This document shows positions 14,306 to 29,908 of a DNA stretch of 64,000 nucleotides, piece after piece. The DNA is from Escherichia coli (GTDB lineage: Bacteria > Pseudomonadota > Gammaproteobacteria > Enterobacterales > Enterobacteriaceae): NCBI RefSeq assembly GCF_044647545.1, contig NZ_CP172818.1, one strand, 5' to 3'. The notes beneath the pieces are model-generated. The model saw nothing but the letters and a program-made list of their open reading frames with translations. It was not told the DNA's origin and did no database searches. A program made the position numbers and the translations under genes. The stretch's first letter is position 1, and every line of letters begins with the position of its first letter.

Positions 14306-15739
14306 ATGCGATTTTCCAGATTTATCATCGGATTGACCAGCTGTATAGCGTTCAGTGTTCAGGCCGCAAATGTTGATGAGTACATTACTCAACTCCCCGC
14401 TGGTGCCAACCTTGCCCTGATGGTGCAAAAAGTCGGCGCGTCGGCCCCCGCTATTGATTACCACAGTCAGCAGATGGCGCTGCCCGCCAGTACGCAGAAA
14501 GTGATTACTGCGCTGGCGGCGTTGATTCAACTCGGCCCCGATTTTCGTTTTACCACGACGCTTGAAACCAAAGGTAATGTGGAAAACGGTGTACTTAAGG
14601 GTGACTTAGTAGCGCGATTTGGTGCCGATCCGACGTTAAAACGTCAGGATATTCGCAATATGGTCGCGACTTTGAAAAAATCTGGCGTCAACCAAATCGA
14701 TGGCAATGTGTTGATAGATACCTCCATTTTCGCCAGCCACGATAAAGCCCCCGGCTGGCCATGGAATGACATGACACAATGCTTTAGCGCTCCGCCTGCC
14801 GCCGCCATAGTTGACCGCAACTGTTTCTCCGTCTCGCTCTATAGTGCCCCAAAACCTGGTGATATGGCTTTTATACGCGTGGCATCTTATTACCCCGTTA
14901 CGATGTTCAGCCAGGTACGCACCCTCCCCCGTGGTTCTGCCGAAGCGCAATACTGCGAGCTGGATGTGGTGCCAGGCGACCTGAACCGCTTTACGCTGAC
15001 CGGATGCCTGCCACAACGTTCTGAGCCGCTCCCGTTGGCTTTTGCCGTGCAGGATGGTGCCAGCTATGCTGGGGCAATTCTGAAAGATGAGTTAAAACAG
15101 GCAGGTATCACCTGGAGCGGAACACTGCTACGCCAGACTCAGGTTAACGAACCTGGAACGGTAGTTGCCAGTAAACAGTCGGCCCCGCTGCACGATCTGC
15201 TTAAGATTATGCTGAAAAAGTCGGACAACATGATTGCCGATACGGTTTTCCGCATGATCGGCCATGCGCGCTTCAATGTGCCTGGAACATGGCGGGCCGG
15301 GTCGGACGCCGTGCGTCAGATCCTGCGCCAGCAAGCCGGTGTCGATATTGGTAACACCATTATTGCCGATGGTTCAGGGCTTTCGCGGCATAACCTGATT
15401 GCCCCCGCCACCATGATGCAGGTGCTGCAATACATTGCCCAACACGACAATGAACTTAACTTTATCTCTATGCTGCCGCTGGCGGGCTATGACGGCTCTT
15501 TGCAGTACCGTGCAGGTCTGCATCAGGCGGGCGTGGATGGCAAAGTCTCAGCGAAAACCGGCTCGTTGCAGGGGGTATATAACCTGGCGGGATTCATTAC
15601 CACGGCGAGCGGGCAACGAATGGCGTTTGTGCAATATCTTTCTGGCTATGCAGTAGAACCGGCGGATCAGCGTAATCGCCGTATTCCGTTAGTGCGTTTT
15701 GAAAGCCGTTTGTATAAAGATATTTATCAGAACAATTAG
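14306..15739 (+). CDS. dacB: D-alanyl-D-alanine carboxypeptidase/endopeptidase PBP4
   Basis: 477-aa ORF MRFSRFIIGLTSCIAFSVQAANVDEYITQLPAGANLALMVQKVGASAPAIDYHSQQMALPASTQKV... with signal peptide and STQK active-site motif. Confidence 0.9.
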   Translation: MRFSRFIIGLTSCIAFSVQAANVDEYITQLPAGANLALMVQKVGASAPAIDYHSQQMALPASTQKVITALAALIQLGPDFRFTTTLETKGNVENGVLKGDLVARFGADPTLKRQDIRNMVATLKKSGVNQIDGNVLIDTSIFASHDKAPGWPWNDMTQCFSAPPAAAIVDRNCFSVSLYSAPKPGDMAFIRVASYYPVTMFSQVRTLPRGSAEAQYCELDVVPGDLNRFTLTGCLPQRSEPLPLAFAVQDGASYAGAILKDELKQAGITWSGTLLRQTQVNEPGTVVASKQSAPLHDLLKIMLKKSDNMIADTVFRMIGHARFNVPGTWRAGSDAVRQILRQQAGVDIGNTIIADGSGLSRHNLIAPATMMQVLQYIAQHDNELNFISMLPLAGYDGSLQYRAGLHQAGVDGKVSAKTGSLQGVYNLAGFITTASGQRMAFVQYLSGYAVEPADQRNRRIPLVRFESRLYKDIYQNN

Positions 15740-15750
15740 TCAAAAAGAAA

Positions 15751-15769
15751 CCCCGGCACATGGCCGGGG
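15751..15769. terminator. GC-rich hairpin in the 33-bp gap between convergent dacB and obgE
   Basis: ccccggc-acat-ggccgggg inverted repeat; no strong T-run, so terminator function is tentative. Confidence 0.3.
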
Positions 15770-15772
15770 TGA

Positions 15773-16960
<1,188 letters not shown>

Positions 16961-17926
16961 TCATTCGCCTGCGCGGGGTTGCGATACCACCGTTGTATGC
17001 TTACGTAATCCGCCCCAAATACGATGACCAATGGCGGAATACATCGCGCCCGCAACCACGACAAACGCACCGAGATAACCTAAAAGGTTTAACATCGGTC
17101 TGGCGAAGAAATCGGGCCAGGCCAGTGACAAAAGATCTGAAAAAAACAGCGTAAACAGTGGGGTGAGCGTGATGATCGCGCTCACCTGCGCTGCCTGCCA
17201 GCGAGCCATCGCTTCCGCCAGGGCGCCATATCCTACCAAGGTATTCAGTCCGCAAAAAATTAAACATGCGAGCTGCCAGTGGCTAAGCTGCGCTATCACT
17301 CCAGGCTTTGCCAGAGGGAAGAGCGCAATTGTACATAAAGTGTACAGTAAAAACAGGATCTGCGGTGAGGCCAGCCGACGCAATAAAACCTTTTGCGCCA
17401 CGCCATAACTCACCCACACCGTCGCCGCACCGACCCCAAAGATTACTCCCCAGGTGTAATCGGTGAGCTTTGTAAATATCTCGACCAGACTGGTGTTAAA
17501 AAACATCACCAGGCCGCTCAGGAGCATCAATGCCCCTACAACCTGAGTGCTGCGCATTTTCTCTTTCAGGATAAATACGCTGGCAACCATCATGCCAACT
17601 GGCGAGAGTTGCCCAATCACCTGCGAAGCGGTCGGACTCAGGTATTGCAAGGATGAGCTGAACAGGATGAAGTTCCCAAACAGCCCGGCGGTCGCCACTG
17701 CCAACAAAATCAACCAGCGTGGCTTACGAAACACGCGTAATGGCGGCAACCTCTTCTTCACCGCAAGAATGGCACCAAGGCCAATACTCGCCATCAAGAA
17801 ACGGTAAAACACGATTGTCGGAGGTTCCATCACCTCCAGCACCTGCTTCATTGCGATTGGCAACGCCCCCCAGCAAATTGCTGTGGTGAGCGCCAAAAGA
17901 ATGCCAATGCCTGCCTGCTGCTTCAT
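16961..17926 (-). CDS. yhbE: EamA/DMT-family inner membrane transporter
   Basis: 321-aa hydrophobic ORF MKQQAGIGILLALTTAICWGALPIAMKQVLEVMEPPTIVFYRF...; ~10 predicted TM segments; downstream of obgE. Confidence 0.8.
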   Translation of the reverse strand: MKQQAGIGILLALTTAICWGALPIAMKQVLEVMEPPTIVFYRFLMASIGLGAILAVKKRLPPLRVFRKPRWLILLAVATAGLFGNFILFSSSLQYLSPTASQVIGQLSPVGMMVASVFILKEKMRSTQVVGALMLLSGLVMFFNTSLVEIFTKLTDYTWGVIFGVGAATVWVSYGVAQKVLLRRLASPQILFLLYTLCTIALFPLAKPGVIAQLSHWQLACLIFCGLNTLVGYGALAEAMARWQAAQVSAIITLTPLFTLFFSDLLSLAWPDFFARPMLNLLGYLGAFVVVAGAMYSAIGHRIWGGLRKHTTVVSQPRAGE

Positions 17927-17995
17927 ACCGTATTCCCTGCAAAGCGCATTTGCGGATTAACGTCGCACCATGCGCATTTTTACCGGTTATCGAAT

Positions 17996-18024
17996 GTAAA
18001 AAGCCCCGCAACGTGTTGCGGGGC
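17996..18024 (-). terminator. Rho-independent terminator of the rplU-rpmA operon
   Basis: Minus-strand hairpin gccccgcaac-ac-guugcggggc followed by a U-run, just 3' of rpmA. Confidence 0.55.
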
Positions 18025-18052
18025 TTTCATCCGTTACCGGGACGCGAAAAAC

Positions 18053-18678
<626 letters not shown>

Positions 18679-18900
18679 TCAGAGTGCGCTATAAATATTC
18701 ACAATAGGGCGCGAATATTACGCAAAACGCACGCCTTTGACAAGTGCTACAGTCAATACACGAAGAAAAAAAACACAACTTGTACGGTAACGTTTATCTG
18801 TGCCATTTTTTCAGTACAATCACCCTATATTCCTAACCATAAACCCTAAGTTGCCTTTGTTCACAGTAAGGTAATCGGGGCGAAAAGCCCGGCTTTTGCG

Positions 18901-19872
18901 ATGAATTTAGAAAAAATCAATGAGTTAACCGCGCAAGATATGGCGGGTGTTAATGCGGCAATCCTTGAGCAGCTTAATTCCGACGTCCAACTGATCAATC
19001 AGTTAGGCTATTACATCGTCAGCGGCGGCGGTAAACGTATTCGTCCGATGATTGCTGTACTGGCTGCACGAGCTGTTGGCTATGAGGGAAATGCGCATGT
19101 CACCATTGCTGCCCTGATCGAGTTTATCCACACGGCGACTCTGCTGCACGACGACGTTGTGGATGAATCAGATATGCGCAGGGGTAAAGCTACCGCCAAC
19201 GCCGCATTTGGCAATGCCGCCAGCGTGCTGGTAGGCGATTTTATTTATACCCGCGCGTTCCAGATGATGACCAGCCTCGGCTCGCTCAAAGTGCTGGAAG
19301 TCATGTCAGAAGCCGTAAACGTCATCGCAGAAGGTGAAGTTCTGCAACTGATGAACGTTAACGATCCGGACATCACTGAAGAAAACTACATGCGCGTTAT
19401 CTATAGCAAAACCGCGCGTCTGTTTGAGGCTGCCGCGCAGTGTTCCGGGATTCTGGCTGGCTGTACGCCGGAGGAGGAGAAAGGCCTGCAGGATTATGGG
19501 CGCTATCTCGGCACTGCTTTCCAGTTGATCGACGATTTACTCGATTACAATGCCGATGGCGAACAGTTAGGTAAAAACGTCGGCGACGATCTGAACGAAG
19601 GTAAACCGACGCTGCCGCTGCTGCATGCAATGCATCATGGCACACCAGAACAGGCACAGATGATTCGTACCGCCATCGAACAGGGTAACGGTCGCCATCT
19701 TCTGGAACCGGTTCTGGAAGCAATGAACGCTTGTGGATCTCTTGAATGGACGCGTCAGCGTGCCGAGGAAGAAGCAGACAAAGCCATCGCAGCGTTACAG
19801 GTGCTCCCGGACACCCCTTGGCGAGAAGCACTCATCGGCCTCGCGCACATCGCTGTTCAACGCGATCGTTAA
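18901..19872 (+). CDS. ispB: Octaprenyl diphosphate synthase
   Basis: 323-aa ORF with polyprenyl synthase aspartate-rich motifs LLHDDVVDESDMRRG and FQLIDDLLDY. Confidence 0.9.
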   Translation: MNLEKINELTAQDMAGVNAAILEQLNSDVQLINQLGYYIVSGGGKRIRPMIAVLAARAVGYEGNAHVTIAALIEFIHTATLLHDDVVDESDMRRGKATANAAFGNAASVLVGDFIYTRAFQMMTSLGSLKVLEVMSEAVNVIAEGEVLQLMNVNDPDITEENYMRVIYSKTARLFEAAAQCSGILAGCTPEEEKGLQDYGRYLGTAFQLIDDLLDYNADGEQLGKNVGDDLNEGKPTLPLLHAMHHGTPEQAQMIRTAIEQGNGRHLLEPVLEAMNACGSLEWTRQRAEEEADKAIAALQVLPDTPWREALIGLAHIAVQRDR

Positions 19873-20100
19873 TCCCCTCCCCCTCATCCCGCGCAGCGCG
19901 CGGGATGATTCCAGTAAATTCCATAAAAACACTTATTCAGCTCTATAAAACCTGAAAAATAGGGCTGTACATCTTTATATATTCTGAATATTCACACTCT
20001 TTACAGGAACTTTTTAGAGCAATAGGCCATCAGGAGTATAGTGATGCTCGACAGAAGAAGTGTTCTGAATGAAAGCGACTAACTTAAGGAGTGAGGAAAG

Positions 20101-20379
20101 ATGGAAAGTAATTTCATTGACTGGCATCCCGCTGACATCATTGCGGGTTTGCGCAAGAAGGGAACGTCAATGGCGGCGGAATCTCGCAGAAATGGTTTGA
20201 GTTCCTCAACGCTGGCGAACGCATTATCGCGCCCCTGGCCGAAAGGAGAGATGATTATTGCGAAAGCCCTGGGAACTGACCCCTGGATTATCTGGCCATC
20301 TCGCTACCATGATCCGCAGACCCATGAGTTTATCGACAGAACGCAGTTGATGCGTAGCTACACTAAACCGAAAAAATGA
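20101..20379 (+). CDS. sfsB: Ner-like DNA-binding transcriptional regulator SfsB (Nlp)
   Basis: 92-aa ORF MESNFIDWHPADIIAGLRKKGTSMAAESRRNGLSSSTLANALSRPWPKGEMIIAKALG... Confidence 0.8.
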   Translation: MESNFIDWHPADIIAGLRKKGTSMAAESRRNGLSSSTLANALSRPWPKGEMIIAKALGTDPWIIWPSRYHDPQTHEFIDRTQLMRSYTKPKK

Positions 20380-20426
20380 GTGGTCTGGCGGTAGCCCCGC
20401 GAACGGGGCTGCCAGCTCTCAGACAA

Positions 20427-21686
<1,260 letters not shown>

Positions 21687-21740
21687 TTAGTTTGTTCTCA
21701 GTTAACAATTCATATCCGCTACCGGCGAATCGCCCATAGC

Positions 21741-21995
21741 TCAAAAGCCGTTCAGTTTGCGATCGCGCGCCCACTCCGCAGGGGTATACGCTTTGATCGA
21801 CACAGCATGAATGCGGTTATCCGCAATATATTCCATCAGCGGGCCATAGACCGTCTGCTGTTTTTTAACCCGACTCATGCCGTCAAACAACTCACCCACG
21901 GCAATAACCTGAAAGTGGCTGCCATCGCCGGAAACGTGGACTTCCTGGAGGGAGAGAGCGTTCATCAACACGCTCTGAATTTCATTATTTTCCAT
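21741..21995 (-). CDS. ibaG: BolA-family acid-stress protein IbaG (YrbA)
   Basis: ORF ...[75 protein letters not shown]...; start moved to MENNEIQ (84 aa). Confidence 0.8.
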
Positions 21996-22114
21996 GGGAT
22001 CTTCAATCATCAGTTAATAAATCAGCGAAACATCTTAGAGCAAAGTTGCGCTGGCATAAATAAGCAAAAAGCCTCGCTGATAAATCAGACAAGGCTCGAC
22101 TTGCAGGCAGGTTT

Positions 22115-22147
22115 GCCGGACAGGCGGTTAACGCCATATCCGGCCTG
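22115..22147. repeat. REP (repetitive extragenic palindrome)-like element between ibaG and mlaB
   Basis: gccggacaggcggttaacgccatatccggcctg resembles the E. coli REP consensus GCCGGATG..GCG....CGC..ATCCGGCCTAC. Confidence 0.4.
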
Positions 22148-22154
22148 AAAAAAT

Positions 22155-22447
22155 TTAACGAGGCAGAACATCAGCAGGCAAATTATACAATTTCGCCAGG
22201 GTATACACTTTGTCGTTTACCCCCTGAAGCGTCACATTGTTGCCCTGCTTTTTCGCCAGATCGATAAGATGGAGCAGCAGTGCCAGTCCACCCGTATCCA
22301 CGCGAGACACACGGCTAAGATCGATGCTGGTAATCCCCTTCACCGCTTCCTCACGTATTTCCCAAAGCGGTAGCAGAACGTCCTGATCCAGCTCTCCGGA
22401 TAACGCCAGCGTGTCACCCGTCTGCATCCAGCTCAGTGACTCGCTCA

Positions 22448-22448
<1 letters not shown>
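22155..22448 (-). CDS. mlaB: Phospholipid ABC transporter STAS-domain protein MlaB
   Basis: ORF contains MSESLSWMQTGDTLALSGELDQDVLLPLWEIREEAVKGITSIDLSRVSRVDTGGLALLLHLIDLAKKQG...; start moved to MSESL (97 aa); last gene of the mla operon. Confidence 0.8.
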
Positions 22449-23101
<653 letters not shown>

Positions 23102-23653
23102 TTATTTCGTTGTACCCACAGGTTCAGTGGTTTCATTATTACCTGGCGCAGCAGCTGGCGCATCGCCACTATTCTTATTGTCATCGCCTTTACTACCGTA
23201 AAGGAACTGACCAATGAGATCTTCCAGCACCATCGCAGACTTGGTGTCCTGAATTGTATCGCCATCCTTCAGGATAGCAGTCCCCAGTTCCGGGTCTTCA
23301 AAACCGACGTTTAATGCCAGATATTGTTCCCCCAGCAGGCCGGAAGTACGAATGCTCAGCGAACTGGTATCAGGAATGTGGTTATAACGTTGTTCAATTT
23401 CCAGCGTTACGCGCGGCAGATAGGTTTTCGGGTCCAGCGTAATATCCGCCACCCGGCCCACAACAACGCCACCAATGCTGACCGGAGAGCGCGCTTTCAG
23501 GCCGCCAATGTTATCGAACGTCGCATAAAGCGTATAGGTCGGTTCAGTACGTATGGACGTCACGTTCGCCGCCTTCAGGCAAACAAACAGCGCCGCCAGT
23601 AGTGCTGCTAATAAAAAGATACCCACCCAAATTTCATTTTTTTTCGTTTGCAT
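23102..23653 (-). CDS. mlaD: MCE-domain phospholipid transport protein MlaD
   Basis: ORF ...MQTKKNEIWVGIFLLAALLAALFVCLKAANVTSIRTEPTYTLYATFDNIGGLKARSPVSIGGVVVGRV...; start moved to MQTKK (183 aa). Confidence 0.9.
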   Translation of the reverse strand: MQTKKNEIWVGIFLLAALLAALFVCLKAANVTSIRTEPTYTLYATFDNIGGLKARSPVSIGGVVVGRVADITLDPKTYLPRVTLEIEQRYNHIPDTSSLSIRTSGLLGEQYLALNVGFEDPELGTAILKDGDTIQDTKSAMVLEDLIGQFLYGSKGDDNKNSGDAPAAAPGNNETTEPVGTTK

Positions 23654-23657
23654 GAAC

Positions 23658-25257
<1,600 letters not shown>

Positions 25258-25466
25258 AATTCACCCTTCGTCTTGCGTTGATTTTCTAAGCATGGCGCTC
25301 AATTTAACCTTGAACCCAACATATTTACAGAATATTACCCGCCGTGGTTAGCGAAAGCTGGCATTTGTTTTACTTTTTAGCCGCATAAAGTCAAAATTAA
25401 GAATCCGTTACGGCTTTCTGAAAATCTTCAGCGGACCGGCGAGTATACCTGAAGAAAGGACGTTAG

Positions 25467-26444
25467 ATGCTTTTAGCTACGGCACTGTTAATTGTTGGTT
25501 TACTTTTGGTCGTTTACAGTGCCGACCGCCTGGTTTTTGCCGCGTCTATTCTTTGCCGAACCTTTGGCATCCCGCCGCTAATCATCGGCATGACGGTGGT
25601 CAGTATTGGTACATCGTTACCAGAAATCATCGTCTCGCTTGCCGCGTCTTTGCACGAACAACGCGATTTAGCCGTTGGTACAGCCCTCGGCTCAAACATT
25701 ATCAATATATTGCTGATCCTCGGTCTTGCTGCGCTGGTTCGTCCTTTTACCGTCCATTCTGATGTTCTACGCCGTGAATTACCCTTAATGTTGTTGGTCA
25801 GCGTGGTGGCCGGTTCCGTACTCTATGACGGACAACTTAGTCGCAGCGATGGTATCTTTCTCCTCTTTCTGGCTGTGCTATGGCTGCTGTTCATTGTTAA
25901 ACTTGCACGTCAGGCTGAACGTCAGGGGACTGACAGCCTGACCAGAGAGCAGCTTGCAGAGTTGCCGCGTGACGGTGGATTGCCCGTCGCGTTTTTATGG
26001 CTCGGCATTGCGCTTATCATCATGCCAGTGGCCACGCGGATGGTGGTTGATAACGCCACGGTGCTGGCGAATTACTTTGCCATCAGCGAGTTGACGATGG
26101 GTCTGACGGCAATTGCTATCGGAACCAGCCTGCCGGAACTGGCAACCGCAATAGCGGGGGTTCGCAAAGGTGAAAACGACATTGCTGTCGGAAATATCAT
26201 TGGCGCAAACATTTTTAATATTGTCATCGTGTTGGGTTTACCCGCGCTGATAACGCCAGGAAAGATTGATCCACTGGCGTACAGTCGTGACTACAGCGTG
26301 ATGTTGCTGGTGAGCATTATTTTTGCGTTGCTGTGCTGGCGGCGCTCCCCGCAATCGGGCCGTGGTGTAGGGGTATTATTAACTGGCGGATTTATCGTAT
26401 GGCTGGCGATGTTGTACTGGTTATCGCCAATACTCGTTGAATAA
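25467..26444 (+). CDS. yrbG: Ca2+/Na+ antiporter-family inner membrane protein YrbG
   Basis: 325-aa hydrophobic ORF MLLATALLIVGLLLVVYSADRLVFAASILCRTFGIPPLIIGMTVVSIGTSLPEIIVSLAASL... with two alpha-repeat GTSLPE motifs. Confidence 0.85.
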   Translation: MLLATALLIVGLLLVVYSADRLVFAASILCRTFGIPPLIIGMTVVSIGTSLPEIIVSLAASLHEQRDLAVGTALGSNIINILLILGLAALVRPFTVHSDVLRRELPLMLLVSVVAGSVLYDGQLSRSDGIFLLFLAVLWLLFIVKLARQAERQGTDSLTREQLAELPRDGGLPVAFLWLGIALIIMPVATRMVVDNATVLANYFAISELTMGLTAIAIGTSLPELATAIAGVRKGENDIAVGNIIGANIFNIVIVLGLPALITPGKIDPLAYSRDYSVMLLVSIIFALLCWRRSPQSGRGVGVLLTGGFIVWLAMLYWLSPILVE

Positions 26445-26457
26445 CTGGAAACGCATT

Positions 26458-27444
26458 ATGTCGCACGTAGAGTTACAACCGGGTTTTGACTTTCAGCAAG
26501 CAGGTAAAGAAGTCCTGGCGATTGAACGTGAATGCCTGGCGGAGCTTGATCAATACATCAATCAGAATTTCACGCTTGCCTGTGAAAAGATGTTCTGGTG
26601 TAAAGGGAAAGTTGTCGTCATGGGGATGGGGAAATCGGGGCACATCGGGCGCAAAATGGCGGCAACGTTTGCCAGCACTGGTACACCTTCATTTTTCGTC
26701 CATCCTGGTGAAGCCGCGCATGGTGATTTAGGCATGGTCACCCCACAGGATGTGGTGATTGCTATCTCTAACTCAGGTGAATCCAGCGAAATCACGGCCT
26801 TAATTCCAGTGCTTAAGCGTCTTCACGTACCGTTAATCTGCATCACCGGTCGCCCGGAGAGCAGCATGGCGCGCGCCGCAGATGTGCATCTGTGTGTTAA
26901 AGTAGCGAAAGAAGCCTGTCCGTTAGGGCTGGCACCGACCAGCAGCACCACCGCCACGCTGGTTATGGGCGATGCCCTCGCTGTCGCGCTGTTAAAAGCA
27001 CGCGGCTTTACTGCTGAAGATTTTGCGCTCTCACACCCAGGCGGCGCACTGGGTCGTAAACTTCTGCTGCGCGTAAACGATATTATGCATACGGGCGATG
27101 AGATCCCGCATGTTAAGAAAACGGCCAGTCTGCGTGACGCATTGCTGGAAGTTACCCGCAAAAATCTTGGTATGACTGTCATTTGCGATGACAATATGAT
27201 GATTGAAGGCATCTTTACCGACGGTGATTTACGCCGTGTCTTCGATATGGGCGTGGATGTTCGTCAGTTAAGTATTGCCGATGTGATGACGCCGGGGGGA
27301 ATACGTGTGCGCCCTGGCATTCTGGCCGTTGAGGCACTGAACTTAATGCAGTCCCGCCATATCACCTCCGTGATGGTTGCCGATGGCGACCATTTACTCG
27401 GTGTGTTACATATGCATGATTTACTGCGTGCAGGCGTAGTGTAA
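26458..27444 (+). CDS. kdsD: D-arabinose 5-phosphate isomerase KdsD
   Basis: ORF ...MSHVELQPGFDFQQAGKEVLAIERECLAELDQYINQNFTLACEKMFWCKGKVVVMGMGKSGHIGRKMAATFASTGTPSFFVHPGEAAHGDLG...; SIS plus tandem CBS domains; start moved to MSHVELQ. Confidence 0.9.
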   Translation: MSHVELQPGFDFQQAGKEVLAIERECLAELDQYINQNFTLACEKMFWCKGKVVVMGMGKSGHIGRKMAATFASTGTPSFFVHPGEAAHGDLGMVTPQDVVIAISNSGESSEITALIPVLKRLHVPLICITGRPESSMARAADVHLCVKVAKEACPLGLAPTSSTTATLVMGDALAVALLKARGFTAEDFALSHPGGALGRKLLLRVNDIMHTGDEIPHVKKTASLRDALLEVTRKNLGMTVICDDNMMIEGIFTDGDLRRVFDMGVDVRQLSIADVMTPGGIRVRPGILAVEALNLMQSRHITSVMVADGDHLLGVLHMHDLLRAGVV

Positions 27445-27464
27445 AGATTCAAGGATAAACAACA

Positions 27465-28031
27465 ATGAGCAAAGCAGGTGCGTCGCTTGCGACCTGTTAC
27501 GGCCCTGTCAGCGCCGACGTTATGGCAAAAGCAGAGAACATTCGTCTGCTGATCCTCGATGTCGATGGCGTACTGTCAGATGGCCTGATTTATATGGGCA
27601 ATAATGGCGAAGAGCTGAAAGCGTTCAATGTTCGTGACGGTTATGGCATTCGTTGTGCGCTCACCTCTGATATTGAAGTCGCTATCATTACCGGGCGAAA
27701 GGCTAAACTGGTAGAAGATCGTTGTGCCACATTGGGGATCACTCACTTGTATCAGGGGCAGTCAAACAAACTGATCGCCTTTAGCGATCTGCTGGAAAAA
27801 CTGGCGATTGCCCCGGAAAATGTGGCTTATGTCGGCGATGATCTCATCGACTGGCCGGTAATGGAAAAAGTGGGGTTAAGCGTCGCCGTGGCCGATGCGC
27901 ATCCATTGTTGATCCCGCGCGCCGATTACGTGACGCGCATTGCTGGCGGTCGTGGCGCAGTGCGAGAAGTTTGCGACTTATTACTCCTGGCGCAGGGCAA
28001 ACTGGATGAAGCCAAAGGGCAATCGATATGA
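27465..28031 (+). CDS. kdsC: KDO 8-phosphate phosphatase KdsC
   Basis: 188-aa ORF MSKAGASLATCYGPVSADVMAKAENIRLLILDVDGVLSDGLIYMGNNGEELKAFNVRDGYGIRC... with HAD motif DVDGVL. Confidence 0.9.
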   Translation: MSKAGASLATCYGPVSADVMAKAENIRLLILDVDGVLSDGLIYMGNNGEELKAFNVRDGYGIRCALTSDIEVAIITGRKAKLVEDRCATLGITHLYQGQSNKLIAFSDLLEKLAIAPENVAYVGDDLIDWPVMEKVGLSVAVADAHPLLIPRADYVTRIAGGRGAVREVCDLLLLAQGKLDEAKGQSI

Positions 28032-28603
28032 GTAAAGCCAGACGTTGGGTTATCATTGTGCTATCACTGGCGGTTCTGGTGATGATCGGCATTAATATGG
28101 CCGAAAAAGACGATACCGCCCAGGTGGTCGTCAACAACAATGATCCCACCTATAAAAGCGAGCATACGGACACGCTCGTCTATAACCCAGAAGGGGCACT
28201 AAGCTATCGATTGATTGCTCAACATGTTGAATATTATTCCGATCAGGCCGTTTCGTGGTTTACGCAGCCGGTACTTACCACGTTTGATAAGGATAAAATC
28301 CCGACATGGTCAGTAAAAGCAGATAAAGCCAAGCTGACCAATGACCGGATGCTCTATTTATATGGACACGTTGAAGTCAACGCACTTGTGCCGGACTCTC
28401 AACTTCGCAGAATCACGACGGATAACGCGCAGATCAATCTGGTGACGCAGGATGTTACCTCTGAAGACCTCGTCACGTTATACGGAACAACATTTAACTC
28501 CAGCGGTCTGAAAATGCGCGGCAACTTACGCAGCAAGAACGCCGAGCTGATTGAAAAGGTTAGAACATCCTATGAAATTCAAAACAAACAAACTCAGCCT
28601 TAA
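28028..28603 (+). CDS. lptC: LPS export protein LptC
   Basis: 191-aa ORF MSKARRWVIIVLSLAVLVMIGINMAEKDDTAQVVVNNNDPTYKSEHTDTLVYNPEGALSYRLIAQHVEYY...; start overlaps the kdsC stop (ATGA). Confidence 0.9.
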   Translation: MSKARRWVIIVLSLAVLVMIGINMAEKDDTAQVVVNNNDPTYKSEHTDTLVYNPEGALSYRLIAQHVEYYSDQAVSWFTQPVLTTFDKDKIPTWSVKADKAKLTNDRMLYLYGHVEVNALVPDSQLRRITTDNAQINLVTQDVTSEDLVTLYGTTFNSSGLKMRGNLRSKNAELIEKVRTSYEIQNKQTQP

Positions 28604-29129
28604 TCTTGTGCTTGCCAGCTCACTTCTGGCCGCCAGCATTCCGGCATTTGCTGTAACCGGAGACACTGATCAGCCGATCCACATTGAATCGGACCAGCAA
28701 TCTCTTGATATGCAAGGCAACGTGGTTACCTTTACCGGTAATGTCATCGTCACCCAGGGCACCATCAAAATTAATGCCGACAAAGTGGTCGTTACCCGTC
28801 CGGGCGGCGAACAAGGTAAAGAAGTGATTGACGGCTACGGTAAACCGGCAACGTTCTACCAGATGCAGGACAATGGTAAACCCGTTGAAGGTCACGCTTC
28901 CCAGATGCACTACGAACTGGCAAAAGATTTTGTCGTTCTGACGGGTAATGCTTATCTGCAGCAGGTCGATAGCAACATTAAGGGCGATAAGATCACTTAC
29001 CTGGTGAAAGAGCAGAAAATGCAGGCTTTCAGCGACAAAGGTAAGCGCGTAACCACCGTTCTGGTGCCGTCGCAGCTGCAAGACAAAAACAACAAAGGCC
29101 AGACCCCGGCACAGAAGAAGGGTAATTAA
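28572..29129 (+). CDS. lptA: LPS transport periplasmic protein LptA
   Basis: ORF ...MKFKTNKLSLNLVLASSLLAASIPAFAVTGDTDQPIHIESDQQSLDMQGNVVTFTGNVIVTQGTIKINADKVVVTRPGG...; start moved to MKFKT (185 aa); overlaps lptC 3' end. Confidence 0.9.
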   Translation: MKFKTNKLSLNLVLASSLLAASIPAFAVTGDTDQPIHIESDQQSLDMQGNVVTFTGNVIVTQGTIKINADKVVVTRPGGEQGKEVIDGYGKPATFYQMQDNGKPVEGHASQMHYELAKDFVVLTGNAYLQQVDSNIKGDKITYLVKEQKMQAFSDKGKRVTTVLVPSQLQDKNNKGQTPAQKKGN

Positions 29130-29135
29130 TTCGTT

Positions 29136-29861
29136 ATGGCAACATTAACTGCAAAGAACCTTGCAAAAGCCTATAAAGGCCGTCGCGTGGTAGAAGACGT
29201 CAGCCTGACCGTCAACTCCGGGGAAATTGTCGGTCTGCTGGGGCCAAACGGTGCCGGTAAGACCACCACTTTCTACATGGTTGTAGGCATTGTGCCGCGC
29301 GATGCGGGCAACATCATTATTGATGATGACGATATCAGTCTGCTGCCTCTGCATGCACGCGCGCGCCGCGGTATCGGCTATCTGCCACAGGAAGCCTCCA
29401 TTTTCCGTCGCCTCAGCGTTTACGATAACCTGATGGCGGTACTGCAAATTCGTGACGACTTGTCTGCTGAACAACGTGAAGACCGCGCGAACGAGCTGAT
29501 GGAAGAGTTTCACATTGAGCACCTGCGTGACAGCATGGGGCAGTCACTCTCCGGGGGTGAACGTCGCCGTGTAGAAATTGCCCGCGCACTGGCTGCGAAT
29601 CCGAAATTTATTCTGCTCGACGAACCGTTTGCCGGGGTTGACCCGATCTCGGTTATCGACATTAAACGCATCATTGAACACCTGCGCGACAGCGGCCTGG
29701 GCGTACTGATCACTGACCACAACGTGCGTGAAACACTGGCGGTTTGTGAACGCGCTTATATCGTCAGTCAGGGGCATTTGATCGCCCACGGCACGCCTAC
29801 AGAAATCTTACAAGACGAACACGTTAAGCGTGTATACCTTGGGGAAGACTTCAGACTCTGA
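29136..29861 (+). CDS. lptB: LPS export ABC transporter ATPase LptB
   Basis: 241-aa [56 protein letters not shown]... with Walker A and [16 protein letters not shown] signature. Confidence 0.95.
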
Positions 29862-29908
29862 TAGGGTAGAAGTTTGCGACGTTTTAGCAGGAGAGTACGA
29901 TTCTGAAC

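Noticed and set aside
19882-19906. Hairpin atcccgcgc-agc-gcgcgggat after ispB as an intrinsic terminator
   Set aside because: GC-rich inverted repeat but no T-run follows; could be a REP-like fragment or a rho-dependent region; not called
20393-20410. Hairpin agccccg-cgaa-cggggct between sfsB and murA as a terminator
   Set aside because: No U-run on either strand; too weak to call
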